A stretch of 64,000 nucleotides of DNA from Vicugna vicugna (GCA_013265495.1 MU057796.1:744001-808000); one strand, 5' to 3'; shown: positions 38,400 through 49,229, counted from the stretch's first letter. Numbers and translations: made by a program. The notes: generated from the sequence alone by a model not told the origin.

Positions 38400-40250
38400 T
38401 GCTCTTAGTTTATTTTTGATGAACATTTAGATGGTTACCATTTTCGGACATTTAGATGGTTACCATTACAACCAATTCTACAGTGAACATTTTTTGTATA
38501 TGTCTTTCTGTTCATAGTCAAGTTTTCCTGTAGGATAGATTCCTGAAAGTTAGCATGTGTGTTAAAAATGTAGGCTTCTGGTCTTTTTTTTTTTTTAATA
38601 ATAGCTTTTTTTTTTTTGAGATATAATTCACATACCCTATGAATCTCCCATTTAAAATGTCCAAGTCAGTGGTTTTTAGTATATTCTTAAGAGTTGTGAA
38701 GCCATCACCACATCAATTTTAGGTAAGTTTTTTACCTCCAAGAGAACCCGTGTACCCACTAGTAGTCAGTCCCTTTCAGCCATTAGCAACCATTAACCTG
38801 CTTTCTGCCTCTATAGGTTTGCCCATTCTGGACATTTTTTATAAATAAAATCATGTAATATCTGATCTTCTGTACCAGCTTATTTCACTTAGCATAATGG
38901 TTCATCCATGTTTTAGCATGTACCCACATTTCACTCCATTTTACTGAACAATATTTGATTGTGTGGTTTATACCACATTTTCCTTATTCATTTGTCAGTT
39001 GATGGATATTTGGCTTGTTTCCACTTGGCCGTAATGAGTCATGTGGTTAGGAACATTTATGTGCAAATTTTTGTGAGGGTATATTTTTGTTTTTCTTTAG
39101 TATCTTCCTAGGAGTAAAAATCCTGGGTCATATGATAACTCTGTATTTATTTAACCTTCTGAGAAGCACCTGTTAAACTTTGCCAAATAATGCCAAATTA
39201 CTTTCTGAAATTTGCTTTACCAACTAGAAAGATATAAACTCACACTTCCAACATGTAAGAGAGTTCCTGTTTTTCTGCATCCTGACCAACAGTCAGAACC
39301 ATCCATCTTTAATATTTTGTCAGTCTGTTTATTGACAATTAATAGCCTAATTTAATTCAAATTTTTCTGATTCCTGGTGAGCCTGCACTTAATCATTTTT
39401 CATACATTTGTCAACTTTTAACATTTCTTCTGGGAATTGTCTCTTTCTCTCTTTTGGCATTTTCAGCAGAGAGGTTATTTTCCTTTATTTACAGTTTCTA
39501 GGAGTGCTTTATAAATTTTTAGTTCTTTGTATGTTAAATCTGTGTTGTAAGTATTTTCTCTCAGCCTTTTCTGTCTCCATTAACTTTGCCACTGGTATCT
39601 TTTACATACCAGAGCTTTTCATTTTTACAAAATTAATCCTCTGATCTTTTCTTTTATGACTTCTGTTTTGTTTTTAAATTTTTTTCTTGTATTTGTTTTA
39701 TGTTTCTCTTGCCCCAGGGTTAAAACTAATATTCTCTAGTATTTTCTTCAGATGCTTTTGTAGGCTTTATTTTTTTTTATGTTTAGCTCTTTAACCCATC
39801 TGGGTTAATTTATTTATGAGTGGTGTGCGGTAGGGATCTACCTTTTTCCTTTTTTCCCAAAGAAGTACCTAATATCCTAATTCTAGTCAATTCTCCACCG
39901 ATATGAAGCACATACTTCATCAAATGACACATTTTCCCACGCCTGAGTCATTTTTTGGAGTCTTCTTTTCCACTGATCTCTTTGTGAGTTCTTATGTCAA
40001 GACTATACTGTTACATAGTTACATAATATACTTCGATATTTATTAGCATGTTTCCTAACATTGTACATTTTCAGATTTATCATAGTCGTTTCCACACTCT
40101 CCGTTCCAATTGACCTTTATTTTCAGCTTTTAAGTTCTGTTTTTAAAAACATCTCTGAAGATTCTGATTGAAATTACAGTAATTACATTTGTGTATTATT
40201 TTAGAGAAGTGACATCTTTACAATATTAGGTCTTCCCATCTAGATTGTTT
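38400..40250 (-). mobile_element. Cluster of old L1M fragments (L1MB-like piece at ~38600-39170 inside an L1ME-like element)
   Basis: GAGATATAATTCACATACC...TCAGTGGTTTTTAGTATATTC...CCCATTCTGGACATTT and T-rich antisense ORF2-like flanks. Confidence 0.7.
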
Positions 40251-41144
40251 TTAATACTCCTAATTGAAAGTACATATTGTTAATCATATAGGTCATGTAA
40301 TTTCTGAATTCATGTGCATTGCTCTACCCCAACTGTTAAACCTAGCTTTTGCTTCTGTAGTAGAATACAAATAAAACTGCAATAGAACTAGTCACCAAAA
40401 TCATTCTTGCCCACACCGTTGGTCCTTCCTAGTGAGTAGCATGGCATTTTAAAAACTAAATCAGATATTCTGTCACTTAAAATATTCTCTCACTTAAAAT
40501 CATTTGATGGCTGGCTTCTGTATGCACTTAAAATAAAATCCGAACTTCTTAGCAGGGCTCTCAGATCCTTTTGTGATCTGGCCCCTGTTAACCTGCCAGG
40601 TGTCTTCATCCTTTACCATTGCCTATATTTTGAGCTGAGGTTTGCTTTGACTTTGTTTTCCTATAGTTCAGTCTTCCAGTGGCCTCCTTTCTGTCTTAAA
40701 CAAGTCCTTCTCTATTTGTGTACCCTCTGTTTTTGTATGTATTGTACATATATTGCTTTTGTATGTTTATTTGATGATTATTTTTATTTTAATGTTTTCT
40801 TCTTTTCATGGGATTAAAATAGAGTCAGCTTTTATAAATCAGAAATCCACATTCTTCTTTGTTCTTTTTGATAGGAATCAGTATTGCAGTCTATCCAGGA
40901 GTAGTTAATTGAAAGTTGATAAACTCATGATACATAGACAATGAAAATCTAAACTCCACAAATGAAGAATTCATTTTGAAATTTTAGTATTTTTAAGTAA
41001 TTGATATGAATTACGATTAAGTTGCTCAGTGCTGTACAAATATGGAAAGTATTTGGTTTATCAGCATAAATGTGAGGAAAGATCAGAAATGTTTATGTTC
41101 TCCGAATTTTATTACTTGTAAAAATACATTAAATTAGCTGGAAC

Positions 41145-41324
41145 TAAGTTGTCAGATAAAATGCAGGACTCTTAGTTAACTTTTGAGTTTCAAATAAATA
41201 ATCATTTCTAGTGTGTTTCATATAGTATTTGGAATATACTTATACTTAAAAGTTATGTTTTATATCTGAAATTTAAATTTAACTGGGCATCTTGTGTTTC
41301 TGTTTGCTACATCTGGCTAACCCA
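41145..41324. mobile_element. MER53-like palindromic hAT MITE
   Basis: GTTGTCAGATAAAATGCAGGAC...AGTTAA / ATCTGAAATTTAAATTTAACTGGGCATCTTGTG...ATCTGGCTAACCC, with central TATTTGGAATATACTTATACT. Confidence 0.8.
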
Positions 41325-41408
41325 GCTATATGACAACTCTGTAGCATCCTGACTTCCTAGGAATGCAACAAACAACCACTAAGTGGGTTTTAAAAATAGA
41401 TCCTCACT

Positions 41409-41612
41409 CGGTGGTGGGGGGAGGGTATAGCTCAGTAGTAGAGGACATGCTTAGCATGCACTTAAGTCCTAGGTTCAATCCCCAGCACCTCCATTTAAAA
41501 AAAAAAAAACCCTAATTACCCCCCCCCCCAAAAGGCATAATCAATAAAGAAGAGAAAGGAAAGCCTTCTAATATTCAAAACACATGCAGGTTTCTAAATA
41601 GTAATAATATGA
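41409..41612 (+). mobile_element. vic-1-type SINE with extended unique tail; its terminal A-run and 3' TSD are displaced to 43801-43818
   Basis: GGGGAGGGTATAGCTCAGTAGTAGAGGACATGCTTAGCATGCACTTAAGTCCTAGGTTCAATCCCCAGCACCTCCA; TT|AAAA site at 41391/41392; TSD 41392-41408 vs 43802-43818 (15/17). Confidence 0.88.
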
Positions 41613-43789
41613 GACGCTTGGAACTGCCGACCCGAGAGCTACCCGTACAGGGCCGGCGGCGGGAGCGGAGTGGGTCGGCGGGGCCGAGCCGGGCTGGGGC
41701 CGTGTGGGAGCCGGGCAGCGGCCGGGCCGGCGGACGGCGGGACGGGCTGCACCGTGAGCGCCTAGGATAAGGCGGCGGCCGAGCACCCCATGGTGATGGA
41801 CAAGAACCTGCGGGAAGGCGGCGCGGGAGGTGAAGTTGCTGCTGCTGGGTGCTGGGGAGTCAGCGAAGAGCACCATTGTAAAGCGGATGAAGATCATCCA
41901 TGAAGATGGCGATTCAGAGGAGGAATGCCGGCAGTACCGGGCAGTCGTCTACAGCAACACCATCCAGTCCATGATGGTCATCGTCAAAGCCACGGGCAAT
42001 CTGCAGATTGACTTTGCTGACTCCTCCCAAGCGGATGCCGCCAGGCAGCTGTCTGCACTGTCTTGCATGGCTGAGGAGCAGGGCGTGCTCCCTGAGGACC
42101 TGTCCGGTGTCATCCGGAGGCTCTGGGCTGACTGTGGTGTGCAGGCCTGCTTTGGTACCAGTTCAATGACTGCTGCCTACTACCTGAATGACCTGGAGCG
42201 CACTGCACAAGGTGACCTTATCCCCACGCGGCAGGATGTGCTGCGGACCCGCGTGAAGACCACGGGCATCCTGGAGACACACTTCACCTTCAAAGACCTA
42301 CACTTCAAGATGTTTGATGTGGGTGGTAAGCAGTCCGAGCGGAAGAAGTGGATTCGCCGCTTTAAGAGCCTCCGAGCCATCATCATCTGCGTAGCCTTGA
42401 GCGCCTATGACCTGGTGCTAGCTGAGGACGAGGAGATGAACCGCATGCACGAGAGCATGAAGCTGTTCGACAGTATCTGCAACAAGTGGTTCACGGACAC
42501 GTCCATCATCCTCTTCCTCAACAAGAAGGACCTGTTCGAGGAGAAGATCACACACAGCCCCCTGACCGTCTGCCTTCCTGAGTATACGGGGACCGACAAG
42601 TACGACGAGGCAGCCAGCTACATCCAGAGTAAGTTTGAGGACCTGCACAAGCGCAAGGACACCAAGGAGATCTACACGCACTTCACGTGAGCCACCGACA
42701 CCAAGAACGTGCAGTTCGTGTTCGACGCTGTCACCGACGTCATCATCGAGAACAACCTGAAGGACTGCGGCCTCTTCTGAGGGGCAGCGGGGCCTGGCAG
42801 GACGGGCCACCGCCGACTCTGCTCCCCCCCCCAGCCCCTGAGGAAGATGGGGGCAAGAGGACCACGCTCCCCGCCTGTCCCCCTGGCCGCTTTTCCTCCT
42901 CTTTCCACTCTATGTGCTTGGCTCCCCTGTCCCCTCCCTCGGCTCCAGAGACTGGGGGGAGGGGTTGCCACAGGCCTCCGTGTTTGAAGCCCGCCCTTGT
43001 CCCAGGTGCAGGGAAGGGCCATGGGTACCCTCTCCTGTCATCTCTTCTGGTTTTAACCATCATCTTGTTCTGTAATGGGGGAGGGGAGCACATACTGAGT
43101 TTCCCAAGGCCTGCGTTTGGAGGGGCACCCAGTTCTCCGGCCTGGGACCCCTAGCTTCACCCAACACCAGCCCCTGACCCAGCCCCAGTCCAGATGTTTA
43201 CAGGGAGCCTCCCGCCTGACCCCCTACTCCAGGCCCCCCCCCCAGCCACTCGGAGGCACCAAAGGAAAAAGCTCAAGAAGCGTGAAATGCCACCATTCCT
43301 GGAGACCACAGTCTGCCTGCTAATTCTGATAGCTTTTTAAAAAACTGAAAGTCAAGAGAGAAAAAAACCCCTGCAAACCTAGAAAACTTTTTAGAGAAAA
43401 ACTATTTAAAACTGTCCAGTCCTGACCAGCACCCACCCAACCCCTTTCCAGTGATTCTGTGCCTTGAGTGTGTCTGTGTGTTTACACCCATCCCTCTGCT
43501 GGTTGCCCCCTGTGTGGGCGGTGCCCTGCCCTCCACAGAATTGGGTTCCAAGGGCTGTTCCAGACAACTGCCAATGTCACTGAGGGCCTGCCCCCGCGGC
43601 CCTGGGCCCTGGCTCCATTAACCTAAATGTAGCTCCTTCGCGCTAACCTAGGAACCGCCGCTGCTTGCTGGCCCCTCATGCCCGCGCCCCAGGCCCGGGT
43701 CCTTCAGCGTTGAACACTTCCTTGCTTTTTTCACGTTTTATGAAATTGTTCACCTGGTTTAAAATAATAAAATGTAGAAAGAAAGAAGA
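41613..43789 (+). pseudogene. GNAI2 (processed pseudogene): Processed pseudogene (retrocopy) of GNAI2, G protein alpha-i2, in MINDY3 intron 8
   Basis: Intronless GNAI2-like CDS 41742-42780 ending NNLKDCGLF*, GC-rich 5' UTR, ~1 kb 3' UTR, AATAAA at 43766-43771, A-rich remnant, and 11-bp TSD TAATAATATGA (41602-41612 / 43790-43800). Disabled by ATG>ACG (41742), TAG at codon 8 (41763), a frameshifting deletion near 41814, deletions near 42156-42171, and a premature TGA at 42688-42690. Confidence 0.97.
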
Positions 43790-44296
43790 TAATAATATGA
43801 AAAAAAAAGTTCCTCACTTCAAAAACGGATTTCACAAGGTTCATGTCTCAGATTGTATGTACCTTTACCTCTAAGTGAGATAACCACATCTCTCTCTGTA
43901 TTTTTTCTTTAATTTTAGATATTCTAACATTTGTGTAAAAAAGTTTTTTTCTTTAATTTTTTTAAACTATAGATTCTATACCTTACTGACTCAAGGGCCC
44001 TATATAATTTCATCCTAGCTTATTTTTTCAGCCATCATGAACCTATGCTGGAACAAAATTATGCTGCTTGCTTTCATTTCTTTGTTCATGCTACTCCTTG
44101 TGCCTGAAGACCTAGATCCTTCCCATCTGTATTTGTCCAGTCCCGTTTCAACTCCCACCTCGTAGGCTCTCCCTTCCTGATTCTCACAGCTAAGGGAGAC
44201 CAGCTTGCCCTCTGAGCATTTTGCCTTTGTAACGCTTACCACATTCTACTTTTATCATCTACTGGTTTGTTTCTCTTTTTTCTGGGTGGGGGGTAA

Positions 44297-45215
44297 GTTT
44301 TTTTTAATTGTGGTAAGACCATTTAACATGAAATCTACCCTTATGATTAGTTTTTAAGTATGGTATTAACTATTAAAATGAAGTTTTACAGCAGATTTCT
44401 AGAACTTACTCATCTTACATAACTGAAACTTTTTATCTATTGAATAGCAGCCCCCTATTTCCTCCTCCTCCCAGCTCCTGGTAACCAACATTCTACTCTC
44501 TGCTTCTATGAGTTTGATGATTTTCAGATACCTCATGTGAGTGGAGTCATGCAGCTTTTCTCATTCTGTGACTGGCATATTTCACTTAGCATAAAGTCAG
44601 CAAGGTTCATACCTGTGCCACAGATCATACGACTTTTTTGTTTTTTAAACCTGAATAATACTCCATTGTATAGATGTACCATAATTTATCCATTCATTAG
44701 TTGCTAGACATTTAGGTTGTTTCAATTTCTTAGCTGTTGTGAACAGTGCTGCAATGATCCTTGGAGTGGAGATACCTCTTTGAGATCCTGATTTCATTCT
44801 TTTGGATTAAATACCCAAAAGTGAAACTGCTGGATCATATGGTGGTTCTATTTTTAGTTTTTTGAGGAACCACCAATCATGGTGGATTTCCATTTTCCAT
44901 TCCCACCAACAATTTACAAGGATTCAAATTCTACACATCCTGGCCAACGCTTATCTTTTGTGTTTTTGATAATGGTTATCCTAACAGGTGTGAATGATAC
45001 CTTGTAGTTTCAGTTTACCTCTTTGATTATCAGTGATGTTCAGCATCTTTTCATACACTGTTGCTATTCGTATGTGTTCTTTAAAGAAATGTCTAAGTCT
45101 CTAGCCCATATTTTTTTCTTTTGGGGTTTGGCTTTGTTTTGCAGGTTATTTGACTTTTTGCAGCTGAGTTGTAGGAGTTCCTTATGCATTTTTGGTATTA
45201 ACCCCGCATCAGATA
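44297..45215 (-). mobile_element. L1MA-like 3' end fragment
   Basis: TAACATGAAATCTACCC...CTAGAACTTACTCATCTTACATAACTGAAAC...CTTTGAGATCCTGATTTCATTC...CCTAACAGGTGTGA. Confidence 0.85.
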
Positions 45216-46159
45216 TGCAGAGAGGCTGTTTGCTTATTTGTCTTCATATTCCTGGTGATATTTGTATCTCTGCACTATGTTTAGCATGGTGCTTTTCAAC
45301 ACTTGGTACTCAAGGTATGTTTGTTAAATAAATGTAAGCAAGTTACCTCGTTTCCAAGGCAGCATCAAGTTTGAAAGGCCACAGAATTTCTGTAGACACC
45401 CTGAATGAAGTGAGAAGTGATAGTTGGGGGTGGAGGAGCAGGGTATAAAAAAGCAAACTTGAATATAAAACACTGCATTTAGAGACAGTCTCACTGACTG
45501 CACAAAGAGTTGCTAGGCACTGATCATGATTAGTCTTAAATGCTAGCCTAAGAAAACAAAGATATACAGAAAATTCTAAAATATGACATAATCATTAGAA
45601 CTTTCTGCAAATGTGAATAGATATCTTTGAGACTTACTGAGAAAAGTCTTGTGTAACTAAATTCTGTAAACTTTAATATGTGAGAATAATATATTCTCAC
45701 TATAATTACAACTTTGTACAATAGTAACTATTCTTAATGATGCACTTTAGCTGTCTAATGAAGATAAAAATATTTATCCTATTTAAGATAATAAGAGTAA
45801 TACATTTTTAAAATGTTACCATCTAAACAACATGCCTAAACGTGATTACTGACCTAGTCTGAATAATTTATTATCTAAGAATTATGAACAGCTAATTTGC
45901 TATATTTGGTAACATGATATTATTATAAATATACATTTGTTTAAAATTCTAAGGAAATAAATGATGTAGTATTAAGTCGTAACACTAGGTGGTGGTAACT
46001 GATTTTAGAAATTGAAGTGTGAAAATGTTTCCTAACATGTATTCTTTGAACTTGAAGACATTTAGTACTGCTTCTGTTTCAGAAGGAAGAGGACGGAAAA
46101 ATTTGAAAGGCTATTTGGGCTGCTCACCCTCACTCCTTTTTCCTTTGAACACTGTTATC

Positions 46160-46678
46160 CGGTGATTCTCCAAGTTTTTTGATCTCATGCCCTTTATACG
46201 CTTAAAAAAAAATTATTGAGGATCCAAAAAAACTTTCACTTACTTGGTTTATAGGAAAATAATGATCACTGCCATTTTGTCAAAGATTAAGACTGAGAAA
46301 TTTTTAAAGATGTATTAATTCATTTTAAAATAACAATAATACAACCATTACTTTGAATATAAATATTTTAATAAAAAAATAAGTATTTTCCAAAATGATA
46401 AAAAAAATTTAGTAAGAAGAGTGACATTGTTTTAAAATTTTGCAAATGCTTTTAATGTCTAGTTTATTAGTAGACAGCTGGATTCTCAGATCTGTTTATA
46501 GGTTCAGTCTGTTGGGAATAACATATCATTTAGCCTCTGGAAAACTCCACTCTACACTCAAGAGAATCAAGAGTAAAGGCAATTACTGCCTTCTTATGAA
46601 AATCATTTTGATTTCATGTAGTCTCCAAAAAAATCATGTGGATCCCTAAAAATCCTCAACTACATTTGAGAACTACTG
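46160..46678. mobile_element. Charlie1b-like hAT DNA transposon
   Basis: Imperfect TIRs CGGTGATTCTC / GAGAACTACTG; AAAAATTATTGAGGATCC and TAGACAGCTGGATTCTCAGATCTG blocks. Confidence 0.8.
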
Positions 46679-48032
46679 CTCTGCCTCCTCTGTGCCTGTT
46701 AGTTAAAAAACATAAACTGTATGTATACATGTCTTCTATTAATTTTGAATTTACAATTAGAAAGCCTTAAGCAACCAGTTCTTGGTTTATACTATCTGGA
46801 TGTTGTACTTAAGGATACATAGTAAAATATTTACAACAAAAACTACTAAGTTACATCAGTTGACAAGAAAAACATAATATCCTACTAGAAAAAAGGACAA
46901 TACATGACCAGATGGCAAAAAGACGCCAAGTTTTACGTAGGCATTGCGTTTAAAGTGGACCTAATTTTTAACCTGAAGAAAATGCTTTTTAGAAATACAT
47001 ATGGACCCAAGTTACTTTTATAGTGATACTTAATGTACATGAGCTGAAAGCTGTACTCTTTTCATAAAGATTTTTATTACCATCACAGTTACATCTTATG
47101 AAATAACCTGTCTTTTTATTTTCTGTGCTTTTTCTATTCTTTCTTACTCATTCCCATGATGTCAGCTCTCTCATCTGTATGCTGACAACTCCCAAAGCTT
47201 TACATCCAACCCTGACCCCTCCCTGAGCCTTACTTCTAGTTGTGTATCCATCCTTAGCTAGAAGTCCTAAAGTTACCTCAGTAGTAGCTTATCTAAAACC
47301 ATGTTCTCTCTCCATACCACTTCAGAAGCTACTTCTTAATTCTTTCTCTTAGTTAATCAGTATTTATCAGGTTCCCCAGGCCAGAAACCTTAAAAGGAAG
47401 CTTTGGCAAATTCTTCACCACTTAAATACATTGATTTTTCATACTTTGTTGCCATTTCCTCTACCTTGAATTTTCCTCTTATCCTCTTCTTGGCTTGGAA
47501 AGTCCCTACTACATATGCTTCAAGATTCAACTCAGACATTTAGGTACGCCTTCCCTATCACAGTGAGCAGATGCTCTAACACAACTGTAAGATAATGTGT
47601 GTGCCTGTAAACAGCACAAGTATTTTCATCTATGTCCTTTGATAAGCTCTTAGCCTTTGTAAAGCAGATAGCATGTTCTCTTCATCATCATTTCCCCAGT
47701 CTTAAGCATGCTGCTTGTGTTTATTTATAGGAGAGAGGGATGGTATCCAATGTCCGTCAAAACGTAACATTGAATGTGAAGTTTTACAAGTGCATTTTAA
47801 TATATATCTGAGTTATCACATACCCACTGCCTGATCGAATGGTATTTTATAATGAGTAGTTCTGTGATGATAACTTGATGTGAACTCTTAACAGTAAATA
47901 TATGCTAGGTTTTAAAGTGTAGTTTCCTGTAAAAGAAAAGGTTTCGGTGTAGAATATATATGTACATACATATATTTACACTGAAGTGCTTTTCCAATTT
48001 ATATACTAATGCAAAACGCTATTTTGTTATAG

Positions 48033-48103
48033 AGCTTCTTGGTATTCATGAACAAGCAGCTGTGGGATTCTTAACACTAATGGAAGCTTTAAGATACTGT
48101 AAG
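48033..48103 (+). CDS. MINDY3: MINDY3 exon 9 (71 nt): KLLGIHEQAAVGFLTLMEALRYCK
   Basis: ttatag| acceptor, AAG|GTAAGT donor; in frame with exon 8. Confidence 0.97.
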
Positions 48104-48841
48104 GTAAGTTCATTTTCAAGGTGCTGTGCGTGGGTTTTATTCACATACCTACTGTTGTGGGTAGCATTTTTCTCCCATGACAACACATTTTAGCTTACTA
48201 CTGTTGCCATGTCCTCTCAGCTACTTTCTGATCTCCCTTCCTGAGCTGACAGGCTTATCAAAGGCAGCATTAAGCTGGGTGATCATCTGAGTTTCCGATT
48301 TTTGAAGCTCTTTCCATTTTGAGGGTAAGGGGCAGAACCCAGTGTGAATTAATTTATAAAAATAGAGATATCTACGGCTGCGGCTGAATATTCTTTTACC
48401 TCAGGTAAAAGAACGTCCTGTTTGTTCCTCACTAGCAGTGTGCTTCACTGGAACAACTGGTAATACTTTATCAGGCAAAGAGAAAGATTTGTTAGATGCC
48501 TGAAATTCTTTCTTTTGTCTATTTCATCTGAAAAATGATTTCACAGCAAAAAAAGAGAAGCATTTCACAGCATTAAACCCTTTAATACATGTGCTAGGGT
48601 TAGCAACTGCCGTGAGACTCTTCATTTTTTGATATATGTCTCTGCTTTCCTGGACAATTTAAAATACCTATTGGATATTCCAAATAGTTTTAAATGGAAT
48701 TTAAATCACTAATGGCTTGCATTTAATAAGATGCTCGGATTTTGAAGAAAGAAAGTTCTCGTGTTCTTTTCTATTCTAGAATGGTGCTTCCATAGCAGTG
48801 GTTTCTGGTGGTGGTGATTATTTTTAGTAGCATTAACAGTA

Positions 48842-48970
48842 TTTTCCTTCCTTCCATCCTTCCCTTTCCTCCCCTCCCCTCCCTTTCCTTCCCTCCCCTT
48901 TCCTTCCCTCCTCTTTCCTCCCCTTTCTTTCCTTCTTCCTCTTTCCTCCCCTTCCTTCCTTTCCTTTCTT
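48842..48970. repeat. CT-rich low-complexity polypyrimidine tract (~130 nt)
   Basis: Almost only C/T, built from TTCC/CTCCC units. Confidence 0.9.
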
Positions 48971-49229
48971 GTTTACCAGACAGCATTCCTTTTTCAAGAC
49001 AACACTTAGACAGGGGTAATACACAAGTGATAAACAAGTTTCTCCTGTCCTTATTCATTAGTAGTGATCATACTGTCAACAGTAGGAACTTTTATATTTT
49101 CAGTGACTTTAATTACACAAGCTAAAGCTATTCCAAGGCAGTCTAGTGACCAGAGAATCAAGTTGTGTCCCTTCCTCTCCAGCACACCCAACACAAACAT
49201 TCACGTATCCTCAAAGTGTGTGTGTGTCT

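Noticed and set aside
41415..41494. tRNA-Ala(AGC) genes here and at ~12366-12441 and ~35371-35444
   Set aside because: tRNA-like heads carry SINE-specific ends and A-rich tails, and two have TSDs; these are vic-1-type SINEs.
41641..41800. CCCGTACAG| acceptor at 41650 as a route to a MINDY3-GNAI2 fusion
   Set aside because: The phase matches, but the frame hits TGA at 41755 and 41794 before reaching the G-alpha ORF.
41830..42690. 286-aa ORF as a functional G-alpha-i gene
   Set aside because: Lost ATG, nonsense at codon 8, frameshift, mutated P-loop and Gln205, premature stop before the TCAT motif, no introns, and TSDs: a processed pseudogene.
41568..43874. Antisense and 3'-UTR ORFs across the GNAI2 copy
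   Set aside because: Shadow ORFs of GC-rich coding and UTR sequence.
48771..49125. K/E/G/R-rich and P/S/F-rich ORFs
   Set aside because: Translations of the CT-rich simple repeat.
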